DNA of 64,000 bases from Bigelowiella natans CCMP2755 (GCA_000320545.1 ADNK01000423.1:1-64000), one strand, 5' to 3'; shown: positions 42,001 to 54,132, counted from the first letter of the stretch. Numbers and translations are program-made. The notes: generated by a model not told the origin, from the letters alone.

Positions 42001-44121
42001 TACGATGCATCTAACTTCAAGCTGTACAAGGGTAAGCCAGTTGTCTTCCCGCCTTACGTGCAAGTATCAGATAATTATTTCAACCGCACTTGGGGTGGAG
42101 AGCGACGCATAAAGAATATCATTATGACGATGGAATGGGTTCCCAAACCGTCTGAGGTGAAGGAATATCCACCCCGTGATATCAAGATTCCTCCTAAATG
42201 GCGTGATGCTTTCGATACTGCGTTCCGCATGTTCGACCAGGACAACTCCGGGACAATGGAAGTGAGCGAGGTGGCTAAGATGATTCGTGCTGCAACTGAC
42301 GCCCAACCGACTGAAGAGGAGCTCAAGGGTATAATGGTAGAGTTTGGTGGTGGTGGTGGCAGTACTAGTCTTTCTAGGGATGGGTTACTCCAGGCTCTGC
42401 AATCTGGAACTCTTCGTCCAGAATACAGAGGCCGCTATACAGTCGCTGTCAGTTTGGCTGAAGCTGAAACTATCCGACGCATAATGCACATGCGACTGGA
42501 GAAGAAGCTTATCGATGGGTCGGATATGCAGCTAGCACTCCGGTGTTCTGAAGCGAAGAACATGATCTTCGACCGTTCCGCTAACTTCCAAAATCCGACT
42601 CGGTATCAGCGAGAGGCTTCTTGGCAATCGCTTCGTTACCTCAACTGCGAAATGTACTTCCAAGACGCACAGCTCAACACTCTTATCCGCGCTATGCAAT
42701 ACACACCTATACGCGAGCGTGTGGTGTTCTTCATGACCATCCTCGGTTGCCGTCGCCGAGCAACCTACCGATGGAAGTCCACACCGCTTTCCAAGCTGTT
42801 CAAAATCCTCTCGGAATTCCATATGCTCAAGAATCGCTCCCAGGCCGTTCGAATGCGCGAGTCGATGAAAGAAAAGGGTCTGCTACCCTACGATGCTTTC
42901 CGCATGTTCAATGTGAAGAAGACTGGGCAGTTATCTCCTGCAGAGGTATGGGGTGCTCTTGTGTGGCTTGGACTTAAGGATCTCACGCCAAAAGACATCT
43001 TCGGTTTTGTTGAGGCTGCGGACAAGAATGGTGATCGTAATATCGACTATCAAGAATTTCTCGACATCTTGCGCAATCCGGATGCTGCTGCCTCGAAAGA
43101 AGGTAAAGAAGGTGATAGTCAACTCGACGATGACGATCTAGACGATGACGATGATGATGCTAAGAATTCCAAGAGTAGTAGGCCCGAGGCTATTATCAAT
43201 GCAGAGGTATTGAAGTCTTACGAGGATAAGTTGATGGCTTACGAGGATAAAGAACTCAAAGAAGAAGGAAAGCACCAAATGCGTGAGATCAAGGAAGCTC
43301 AAATGGCAGCTCAACGACGCCGTGCAGAAATTGAGACAGAGGAAGAAGAGAAGCAGGTGATGGCAGGGCAGATGAAACCCAATCCAGAGTCTAGTGAGTC
43401 ATGCGTTGTGTGGGATTTCACAACTTCACGCAAACCTGTTGGCGTGGCTAAAATGAATGATTCACATTACCACATGAGGCGGCAAGGGCAGAATTACCTT
43501 AAAATTTATGCCAACTCTGCTATCACCCTCACTCCGAACATTAGAGATGAATTGAAGGGCAATATGGGCGGTGAGAGAATTAATGCATACACTATCGTCA
43601 TGGAGATCAAGTTTGACTCACTTCCTCGCCAAAAGAAGGCCAGTGATGACATGAAGGATGGAGATATGGTACCTACTGAGCGTGCACTACTTAATCTAAA
43701 CCGGCTTGAAGAGTCCGATGCGGTGGTCAGTATTGACTCGGATGGGGCTATTGGTATTGCTGGTGTGTTCGACAAGCGTGTCAAAATGGTTGCTAAGAAA
43801 TGGCATTTCCTAACCATTGTCGCGGACTGCAAAGAGGGTAAGATGACCGCATACATTGATGGAATGGCTGCTAACACACTGGACGCAAAAGGACCGTCCT
43901 CGTCAGTGTCATCACCCTTGGCTCCTCTTGAGCTTGACTCTCAGGATTTCTCGGTTTCGCCAGACAAGGTGTTGGCGTTCTTCAGCACTGACAGCAGTAA
44001 GATGGACTGCGAAATCGATGTCAAGCGCGTTTGGCTGTATAGGGACGCAAAGTCTGAGACGATGGTCGGGCTAATGAATGAAGAGTTCATGTCTCGTGAT
44101 CCGTGGAGGGTGGGACGATGA
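28248..44121 (+). CDS. Giant (>4000 aa) multi-exon DUF3638/DUF3645-like protein with a SecA-like SF2 P-loop core, EF-hands and LamG/concanavalin-like regions at both ends
   Basis: Long ORFs 29461-30135, 30600-33050, 33449-36127, 36256-37182, 37424-38053, 38289-39038 and 39577-44121 joined by GT-AG introns. Motifs QLIMGSGKT, IMDEVD, AIPFVGKDVPSRASEFAHPDVVIGLTILAYRYSGL, GFSGT, HTTGMDI, QAAYRMR; EF loops DQDNSGTMEVSE and DKNGDRNIDYQE; KWTRVVIT..YVNG and KWHFLTIV..YIDG. Confidence 0.85.
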
Positions 44122-44199
44122 TTCACCTCCTACTTTCGGCATCGTTTACACAAAGTGAGGGCTGGCGAACATGATGTACATGGTTTTCTTGTACTGATC

Positions 44200-45350
44200 G
44201 AACAATGCAAAAATGTGGCATTGTGACATCACATTACAGCGCGCAACTCAAGACTTGTTGTGCTGGCCGACAGCTATCCATGCATGTGCAATGATGAAGA
44301 AGATACGCATGGTGGATGTGCACATGATCGACGACAGTTCTGCTAGAGCTAGCTGGCTAGCTAGCTAGAGAGTTCTAGAGTTGCACTAGCTAGCTAGTTG
44401 CACGCTGTGACTGCCCTGTCTAGCTGTGCTAGCAGCTAGCTAGACTAGATCGAGATCGGATGGCTTCATGCCAGCTAGCCACGTAGCTGCCATGCAGCTG
44501 CATGATCTTGCATCGCATCGCTCGCTAGCTCGGTATTCCACTGCTCATGTCATGCATTTGAAAGCATCCATGCTAGCATGTCCGGTCGTCGATGTCGTAC
44601 AGTGCGCGCAGCAGTTCTTGTTTCTTTTTCTTCTTCAGTCACTGATCAGTGTGGCAGTGGCTTTGTGTGCGTCTCATCGTTTCGATTCACAATGCCAGAA
44701 TTGCGTTCAATTGATTGCGCAACCTGAGCTGTTTGTCTAGTTGCATTCGCACACCTTGCATTGAAGGAGATGATCCATGTCCATTTGCAACGATGACTGA
44801 TGCGTGATGCAATGAGATCTCACTGGTGAATGAACCAGCGCAGGATTTCAAAGTTGGCATGCTAGCATGCTAGCTAGCTAGGCATTGTGGAGCAATGTGA
44901 CTAGCAGCAATGTTGCGGCGACGCAAAGCATCAACTCCAAGTGGGAACTTCCCAAAGGCTACATCTGCACATCTGCATGATGGAGGGGGCACCCGGTGAA
45001 ACTTTGGTTTTGCCGGAGTCAGATCGAAGCATGCTAGCGAGCTAGCATGAAGCAAGGAGGAGGAGCAGGCAGCGGAGCCAGGACCCAGGGCCACTGTTAC
45101 ATCCGAGAATAGTCTGTTCCTTGCAGCGTCTAAGTGAGAGCAGTGATGGATGAGGTGGTTGGCACTTTGAACTCAGCATTGTTGCAAAGAGGACAACTCG
45201 AGGAAGAGGGAGGCAGGTCATGAATTGTGATTTGGAGAGAAAGATTTTCATCGCACGAAATGGCCAAAATCCCCTGCGTTTTGTGCAAACTTTGTGGCAG
45301 GAAGTTGGCGTTGCTCCTCTTTTCTGCACAAGTCAATTTGCGTTCCTTCC
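44200..45350. other. TpA desert with CTAG arrays
   Basis: GCTAGCTAGCTAG runs and very few non-CTAG TA, directly downstream of the giant gene. Confidence 0.85.
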
Positions 45351-45396
45351 GTTACCAGATTTTTCTCTGATTTGAACTGGAATTGCTCCCTCCCTG

Positions 45397-48317
45397 ATGG
45401 GAGGAAACAACATATCCAAAGCGGTCGTAGATGGCGATTATTCGAAGGTGAATAGGCTTTTGGACGCGGGCGCAGACACCGAGTACAGGCACAAAGGAGG
45501 TGTTACACTTGCATGTGTGGGGGGGTTGTTTCCATTCTTGCAGGTCACGGTGTTGTCGTTAGCGACTGCAGCATCTTCATCTCCGAGAAATGAGCTAGTG
45601 AAATGGGGGACGGTAGCAATTGCTGTAGTTTCAAACGTGAGGGCTGCTGATTGCATTGAAAGGGAAGGAATAGGGATGAATCCGATATCAACTCGGGGGT
45701 TTGTTCCCGGATGCACATCTTTCCACAAGCAAACAGTCCCATGGAACACATCTGCATGCATCAGTTTCCCAATTTTTGTCGCAGTTCAAAATTTTCTTGA
45801 TTGCCGCAATTTTCTCAATTACGGCTATGCCCGTATTTGTTCTGATTGCTCCTTTTTTTTTGGGTCGACGCAATTGTTGGAACCTGTGTGGGGGGGGTAT
45901 TGGACTGTAACGTGACACCAAAGGTTCGACTCCGTTGCTCTTGGCGTGTGAAAGGCAAAACTTTGACATGATGCAGTTGCTGTTGCTTTACAAGGCTAAC
46001 ATCGAGGCCACCGATTCTCGTGGTATCGTACTATATTATGAATTGTTAGAGCACAGCTATCAGTGCTTAGTTGTTATGGTCTATGCCATCGCTTTTTTTT
46101 TGTAGCATGATGGGATTGTTTCTGTGTCATCTCTAAAGAATTGGGGAAAGAACAAGACAGTGTGAGCGAAAGGAAAATGTACAGAGAAAGTGAGGGAAGA
46201 AGAGGAATGGAGAGGGGACGAAAATGGTGATCAGAGCAGTTTGGTTGCTTAAGTGATGGTGAGGAGACCAGTTTTGTTTTCATTTGTTTTGTTGATTGTT
46301 CTAAATTTCGGCTATGCCCGTGTATGTTTTGATTGTTCGAATTATTGTTTTGCGTTATTGTTGGGACCTCTGCGTGGGAATACTGCATGTTAATACACCA
46401 AAGGTTGGACTCCGTTGTTGTTGTTGTGCAAGAAATCGGACAATTTGCCCTGGCTGAAGGTGCTATTGGAGAAAAACTATGTCATAAATTCTGAGTAGAG
46501 CTGTTGATTTTTGTCTGTAATTGACTGCATTATCGCTGTATTCGTTGTAGCGCATAAAATTAGTGGATTTGCTATTGGAAAATAAGGCCAACGTCGAGGT
46601 CTCCGATGGCCATGGTATCGTATTATATTATGGATTGTGAGCTGATTGTTCTCAATTTCGGCTATGCCCGCATACATTTTGATACTTCATACATTTTGGT
46701 TTGCGTTGTTGTTGAAACCTGTGTGTGGTAACATTGGACTGCATGTTAATACGGCAAAGGTGATACCGCCTTGATCACGGCGATTGAAAATAATTTTCAT
46801 ATGACGGTGAAATCGCTATTGGGCAAAAAGGCCAACATCGAGGCTGCTGATGAGAACGGTATCGTACTATATTATGAATTGTGAGCAGAGCTGTTGGTTC
46901 TTGGTTGTCATTGTCTGTGTTATCGCTGTATTTGTTGTAGTATGATATTGGACTGCAATGTAATACCAAAGGAATGACTCCGCTGTCCCGTGCGTGTGAA
47001 ATGCGCTACTTTGACATTGACATGGTGGATTCTCTATTGTTTAAGAAGGCTAATATCGAGGCCACCGATTCTCGTGGTATCGTGCTATATTATGAATTGT
47101 TAGAGCACAGCTATCAGTGCTTAGTTGTTATGGTCTATGCCATCGCTTTTTTTTTGTAGCATGATGGGATTGTTTCTGTGTCATCTCTAAAGAATTGGGG
47201 AAAGAACAAGATAGTGTGAGCGAAAGGAAAATATACAGAGAAAGTGAGGGAAGAAGAGGAATGGAGAGGGGACGAAAATGGTGATCAGAGCAGTTTGGTA
47301 GCTTAAGTGATGGTGAGGAGACCGGTTTTGTTTTCATTTGTTTTGTTGATTGTTCTAAATTTCGGCTATGCCCGTGTATGTTTTGATTGTTCGAATTATT
47401 GTTTTGCGTTATTGTTGGGACCTCTGTGTGGGAATACTGCATATTAATACACCAAAGGTTGGACTCCGTTGTTATGTGCGTGTTCGACGAAGTATCCATC
47501 CAAGGTGGTGAAGTGCCTATTGGAAAATAAGGCCAACGTCGAGGCCACCAGTACGGGAGGTATCGTACCATATTATGAATTGTGAGCAGAGCTGTTGATT
47601 CTTGGTTGTTTTTGTCTGTATTATCGCTGTATTTGCTATAGCAATTAAGTGGACTCCGTTGAGGATGGCCACCGCGAAAGGTAAATTGCTCGTGGTGCAG
47701 AAGCTTCTCGATTGGAATGCAAATCCTCTGGTGAAAGGCGATTTCGGTAGTCACTATCCATCATATAATCATGATGGTATCTTTTCAGTTATCTCTATCT
47801 AGTATATACCTTCGTCTAAATTTTGTCCTTAGCTGTTTTGAGTTTATTGCATATTTTCAAAATTCTACTTAAATCCTTTCTTACGGTTGATTAGAAATTG
47901 TAAATGTTATTAGCCTAATGCAATGGTAGATGCCATTGCTGATGTGTGACTGTAGATGCCAATTAGTCCATTGGTTTCATTGTTGTTGTATTTTCAATAT
48001 CGCGTGTCACCTTTTCCCATTTTACTCCCCTAATGTATACGCTTGTTTCCCATGTTATTCTTGCGCATGTAGATTTGCATCAATGCTTTATTCATTGTTC
48101 ATCATTCATCACTTCCCCTATTTCCATTTTTCTTTCTCGAAAATTCATTTTCAAATTGTTCCAATCGCTAGCGCTGGAAATAGCGAAAAGAGATGGCTTC
48201 ACAGAAGTCGTTGACTTTTGGAAAGGTAATGAAATTCCAAAAATCCGAAATATCAGCAGCAGCAGCAGCAGCAGCAGTCCACAGCAGCATCATCGTTATG
48301 AGAGAGAAAGAGAATGA
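45397..48317 (+). CDS. Ankyrin-repeat protein, about one repeat per exon, with at least one degenerate module
   Basis: Exon peptides SKAVVDGDYSKVNRLLDAGAD, GSTPLLLACERQNFDMMQLLLLYKANIEA, DTALITAIENNFHMTVKSLLGKKANIEA, GMTPLSRAC..LLFKKANIEA, GWTPLLCAC..LLENKANVEA, WTPLRMATAKGKLLVVQKLLDWNANP, LALEIAKRDGFTEVVDF. Confidence 0.85.
45992..47473 (+). repeat. ~430-bp direct duplication (45992-46419 and 47046-47473) of an ankyrin exon-end/intron/exon-start unit
   Basis: Copies align without gaps at offset 1054, with 8 substitutions by hand comparison. Confidence 0.92.
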
Positions 48318-48949
48318 GTTAGGGAAAGAAAGAATAATTCGGTCCATGTTTCACGTGCAATCGCGTTTATTTATTTTTCTTTTTTTTACGACAACCATCG
48401 CTTAATTCTTATTATTTTGCTTTCTCCCCCTTTTCCCAATAATATTTCCTGTGTTACCGTCACTCGTTTCAATATTTTGTTTTGCTATTCATCCTTCGTT
48501 CTAAACTAGTCAACTCTTGCTTGTTTTTCATCTTTTGTTTCGCTATTTCTTTGAATATTTTAAGCGTTTTCGTAAACTCCGAATTTTGCTGTTTGTTTTT
48601 TCTGTTCATCTTGACGGAAATAAATTGAATGAAATAACCAAAGGCTCTTTGAAGTCAGAGCCAGTCCACACACTCGCTCAAGAGGTTTCTCAAATAGTAG
48701 TGAGTAGTGTGTAGATTGGAGTCGGAGTACGTACGGTGAAGAGAAACAAAGTAGCGTTCTTCACCCTGTCCTCGTCCCCACCAAAGGGGGGAAATAATGC
48801 ACCTTTCGATCGGAATAGCCTTGTGTAGAAGCAATTGTTCTAGAGGAAACATTGTGGGGCAAAAAAAATTAGGCTTGGCAGTTGCTGTGGAAGGGATTCA
48901 CGCCTACATGTGATTTGAAATGTAACTTTTGTTGTTTCTTAGAAAAAGG

Positions 48950-50180
48950 GAGGAAACATCCAGCAAACAAAAAAAACAGAAAATCTCGATGTGGAAGAAA
49001 CAGAAAAGCCAGAAAAACTCGATGTGGATGAAGCAAATCCAAATTGACATCAGGGGCAGAAAGTGCAAAACATCGTCTCAATTGTGTTTCAGCACGTGCG
49101 TCCTCGAATGCATGCTAGCGTGGGCCTTGCTAGCTTGTGCAAAGGTGTGCCATGGCCAAGCTAGCAAGCTAGCGGCGAGCGATCGAGTCCATCACTGTGG
49201 TCTTCAACTTCTCGATCAGCATTGCTAGATCATTGCACATGCGCAACAGGAATCAACTGCAAGGACGATGTGTGTGCGTAGGTGCCGCGTCAGATTGTTC
49301 GTGTGCATGGCGTGTGTGCAGTCAGTCTCGTGTGCACTGCCAAACTGTGCATTGAATTGTGCCGGCTGTGCTGCACATCATGCTGCCACGTGAGCAGCTG
49401 AATTCGAGAATCACGTGCATGACTGTTGAGCGTAGCGTTTCCTTTCAATGCAATTCAGTTGTGTCATCCATCACTGCGTCTACACGTCATCAGCAGGAGG
49501 CATGTCCGATGCGCATTGCGCAAGTTGCATGCATGCCACAAGTCCGTCAAACCTGCAACGAATCGCCAGAATGTGCATTTGGAAGCTTTTGCACGCGACC
49601 AAGCGCGTCATGTGATGCAACAAACAGACATTGGATTTGCTCGCATTTCTTTGAAATTTTTCGTGCATGTCACATTTGGTCAAACGCACACGCAAAAGCA
49701 TTCAAAATGTGGCAGAGAACAAACGCGCAGCGTGCATCCTCTGCACAACGGGTGTGAATTTTTCACAGCTTGAGGCCTTGAAAATGGACATTTTGCAGAA
49801 TTTTGGTCAACATTTCGGTCATTTTTTCAGGTTTGGCCATCGGACAAGTTCTGATGACTTTTCTTTGACCAACTGCAACTGCCTGCTGTTCCAAAGCGCG
49901 TCGCAAAGCGCTGCACTGTTCACAACCCCGTCGTTGCCGGGTTTGACGGACTTGTGTGCAGAATGCACGTTTCATTCATGAAACACACGAAAAATTAAGT
50001 GCGTGGTTCACAAGCTCACAAGCCGAAAACATTCTGCTGCGAAATCAAGTCAACAAAATTAGACATGCGTCACATGATTCCAACATTGTTTTCAAAGTCA
50101 TTCCCATTGTTGCATGCGCGTGCTGCTTTCAACAACCCTGGCAGTCCTTCACATCGACAAGAGCATCATCTGAAACACCA
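48950..50180. other. TpA desert between convergent genes
   Basis: No TA at all in 49482-49995. TA in 49100-49230 occurs only as CTAG. Confidence 0.9.
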
Positions 50181-51715
50181 AATATCGTCTTGGAAGTTGG
50201 CAAATCTGTTGGTGAGACTGTAGGTGCTGCGGATGTTGGTTTGTAAGTGGGTGATGTGGTCATTGGTGAGGAGGTAGTTGGTGATGTGCTTGGTGAGGAA
50301 GTGCTGGGTGATGAGGTTGTTGGTGAGGAAGTAGTGGGTGATGACGATAGCTCTGGAACACGTATAGAGGGCATCTCAGTTCTAATTGTCGGCATGGAGG
50401 TTGGATATGTTGTAGGGAATGTCATGGCACAGCACTCAGGTGGCGTGGCAGCTACGATACAACAACGTGGCTCAATCTGTGGGCAGCATGTTTTGCCACT
50501 ACTACTACTACCACTACTAGTAGTAGCAGGTACAACATACTCAAAAGCAGAATGAGCCGGGGGGGCACGTTTTACACTATCCTTCTGCTGGACAGTAGTA
50601 GCAGGGTAAAATTCTTCATTTTCACCTTTGTTTTCATCGATGTACGTCCCAGGTAGCGGGCGTCTTCTTCTAGAATCATCGCTGGTCGTAGATGAATCTT
50701 CGGCTCCGTTTATTTTCCTTCGAGAATTTAATGTTGGTTGAGAACTAGAGGAGGTTTTGTATGACCTTTTCATCTTGCGGAACTGTCCTCTTTTCTTTGC
50801 ATGTACGACAATTCCGCGATTTGGTAGAGAGTCGTTGTGAAGAATCTCTACTGGTTTAGCGAGCGAATCAACGTGATTCTGCTGCTCCGACACTATCTCT
50901 GGTCCGCTCACCTTACCTTCAATTTTAGGCTTGACAACCGTGGATGATGAAGATGAAGAGGAGACAGTGATAGAACCACCAAAATTACTCGTCGAAGGGA
51001 TATCTCGCTTCTGTCCCCCTCTTATTGAGCTTGACATTACTAACACCTCTCTTGCAGCACGCGGAACTACCTCCACTTTCCCGAAAGCACCAGCATTGTC
51101 CACTACTTCGATCTCTTTATTACTCGGCGTGACAATGTCTACTTCACCTTCCTCCTCGGCATGCCTTATGTTGCTGCTCGAGTACCCTACTATAGTATTA
51201 TCCTTGTTCTCCATTTCCTGTTCTTCGTATTCATTGGCAGACTTCTTTCTCCTCCTCCCTGTTGTGGTTGTCGGTGTATACAACATACTACTACTGTCTC
51301 TGCCCCACTTTCTTCCAGGAACGATTACTTCCTCACTCAAGGTGGTATCCCTTGATTCTACCATGTGAGGTAAAATCTCGTCAAGATGGAGGCCTTTGGG
51401 GGTTCCCTCATTTCGCCCGCCTCCTCGTGCTGCTGCTACTTTCATGAGTGAAAATCTCTCAGCAGCTGGTTTCGGTTGTACTTCGTAAAGCGCACCATGA
51501 TTACTTACAATTTTTGCCGGAACAACCACTTCCTCAGACCTATCTAGTGGCAACGCACGATTCTTAACTTCCTCATATCTGGACAAGTTTTGAATATTTT
51601 CTGATGGTGTCGTCGTTCTATCCGCCAACTCAATGGAGTCTTTCTTATGTCCTACCATTGCACTTGTGTGCACAGAAAGACTACACAATGCAAAGAAAGT
51701 GATCGATGCCAACAT
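50129..51715 (-). CDS. Secreted low-complexity/mucin-like protein, 528 aa
   Basis: Hydrophobic N-terminus MLASITFFALCSLSVHTSA, CC-rich motif TCCPQIEPRCC..ECC, and PTTSSP/PT repeats in a single long ORF. Confidence 0.7.
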   Translation of the reverse strand: MLASITFFALCSLSVHTSAMVGHKKDSIELADRTTTPSENIQNLSRYEEVKNRALPLDRSEEVVVPAKIVSNHGALYEVQPKPAAERFSLMKVAAARGGGRNEGTPKGLHLDEILPHMVESRDTTLSEEVIVPGRKWGRDSSSMLYTPTTTTGRRRKKSANEYEEQEMENKDNTIVGYSSSNIRHAEEEGEVDIVTPSNKEIEVVDNAGAFGKVEVVPRAAREVLVMSSSIRGGQKRDIPSTSNFGGSITVSSSSSSSTVVKPKIEGKVSGPEIVSEQQNHVDSLAKPVEILHNDSLPNRGIVVHAKKRGQFRKMKRSYKTSSSSQPTLNSRRKINGAEDSSTTSDDSRRRRPLPGTYIDENKGENEEFYPATTVQQKDSVKRAPPAHSAFEYVVPATTSSGSSSSGKTCCPQIEPRCCIVAATPPECCAMTFPTTYPTSMPTIRTEMPSIRVPELSSSPTTSSPTTSSPSTSSPSTSPTTSSPMTTSPTYKPTSAAPTVSPTDLPTSKTIFGVSDDALVDVKDCQGC

Positions 51716-52189
51716 TTTGGCCGAAGCCAGGTTCTCTGTTGCCTATGATCTCTTTCTATCTGTCTTCTCTCCCCTCTCCTCCCTTTCAACGTTTATTCAA
51801 ACAAATTCAAAAACCTCAGAGGCTGAGAAAGATAGGCCGATTTTTAATTGTTAGAATTATTTTATTATTTATTTATTTGTCGGTTGTCCTTCGCATGCTT
51901 TACGACTGGTTACGACAACAAACAACTTGGTTCCGAGAAAAACAAGAAGATTCGAGGATGTAATGGATGACGACGATGATGATCGTGACGACGACGACGA
52001 CGACGACGATGATGATTTTGATGATGATGATGATGATGGTGGTGGTGATGGTGATGGTGATAGTGATGGTAATGATGACACGAATACTGATGTGAAGGTA
52101 TTGTTGTCCTAAACCCCATCCAGATGACGATACCGTCTGATCAGTGAACCAGAACGGCTGCTGAGTAGTAAATGAGACAGGTCTTCTAG

Positions 52190-54132
52190 AATATGACGGA
52201 TTTGACGTGGCTCCTCATTTCAAGCCTCCTCTTTGGACTCTCACGAGGGGGTAAGACGGCTCTTACAAGGTCAAATTCGAGAAATGAAGAACTCTAAACG
52301 CATGCTTTTCCAAGAGAGAGCTACATGTGTACCTTTTCCGATATCACATTAATGAGTTATCATCCTGCAGGTCACCACTAGTATGCCTTTCCGTGCTGCT
52401 CATGGCTGAGGTACTAGAATTTTTTAAATAATTGCATGAGTCATCTGTGCAAAAAAGCATGTTGTCATAATAATACATACCCAGATTGTTAAATTCTTCG
52501 TATCATTCGCTTCGGCTATGATTTGCGATCGGCTGAATGGACCTTCTCCATCACGGCGGGGGGTAACAATGATGACGATGATGATGAAGATGATGATGAT
52601 GGCGATGATGGCACACCCACACATATTACACACACACATACACACACGCATGTATATAAGTCTTGGGTTGTTTCTTATTCCGTGATATTTTATCATAACA
52701 GAGTAGTGGCGACGACTTCAAAATGGTGGAGTATGGGTATTATGATGCGGACGATCAACATTTCATGTACCATCTGCACTACTACAAATACCACCATCTC
52801 ATTATTCTACACAGCAGTCCTCTCCTTATTTGCTAATAATAATCATATTTCTTTGTTGCAGGGAAGTGCCAGCCAATAGCCTGGAATCCTCATCAAGTGT
52901 TGTCGAAGGGCTCACAACTCAAGATGATATCATCCTACCAAGGCCTCCCACTCAAAATGTTGCAATTATGCAAATACTTAGGTGCTGTTAGCGCAGCTTT
53001 GAAATATGATTATGTGAATGATAGAATGCACGTTTCTGCCATTAGTTAATTGAACCCCTCTCACCCTGTCGTTTGATCTATGTTATCATCGTCAACCAAA
53101 AACCATGCATATTATTGACCACGTGTGTGAAACAACTAAGTAACTTCTCCACCAAGTGTCCTAATGATAGTCGTTGTTAGGGAATCGTGTAGCTGGTACT
53201 TCATCCCAGCTGTTGTCTCGTTTGTTGGAGATATGATCGTGCTCACAAATCTTCAGCCAAATACCAGTCAAATACGTAATAAGACGCAATCAGTCGTTAT
53301 TCCCATGGTTTAGTCGCATGATTCATTTTGTGTTGGTTGTGAAAAATGAATCATTACAGAGTGTATTATGTCCGGTCTCCAAGTTCTTACAATTTCGTTG
53401 AGTGAGTCACCACTATTATAATCCATTATAGAAGAACGATGAATTGGAACACGATGACTCACAAATACGCACAAAAAACAATACCCACAGTCAAAGAAAT
53501 GCGCATATCATGGACATATCATCATCCTACAATCTCTTGATGTTTTACAACACTTGAGCCGTTGTTCAGTGTTTAATCTCTCACTGCATCATCCAATCCT
53601 TCTCCGCTCGACTCACACATCAAAATTGCACATATCATCTCTAGCGTCTATCAGGATACCGTTGTTTTGATAACATGACTCCTCTATGATGTTCATTATT
53701 AAACTCACAATTTAGTGGTTTCGATATTGAAACCATTCCGTGGAATGTATAATTCCATTGAGTGGGCTGCCATTATTCTCCTAATGGTAATTTTAGCAAT
53801 AGTAATGTAGTAGTAAAGCAATAATGGTAGTAGTTAGAGATATCAGTTGTATAGTAGTGGAGCAATATAATGGTAGTAGTTAAAGACATCGGACGAAGAG
53901 GCAATGTGAACGATGATGATGATGGTGATGGTGATGATGATGATGATGATACGCGGTGCGCCATCATCATATTTGGTCTGCTACATGCAGGTGTCTATCC
54001 CAATTTTGTTGGCGAGTAGCATAGAAGCAGAGGAAAAAGGAGGAGGAGGGGGAGCCAACGATAAGAATCATCCTATTGCGGTAATGTTTTGTTTCAATTT
54101 ATGTACGTGCGCACATATGTATATATGTATAT

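Noticed and set aside
45900-47600. CRISPR-like repeat-spacer pattern
   Set aside because: The repeats are long introns and the variable parts are ankyrin exons, in a eukaryotic context with no cas genes.
49359-50246. Clusters of overlapping Cys/His/Ala/Met-rich ORFs on both strands (also 21300-22150, 44468-45336, 61430-61675)
   Set aside because: Artefact of TA depletion, which removes TAA/TAG stops. No recognisable domains.
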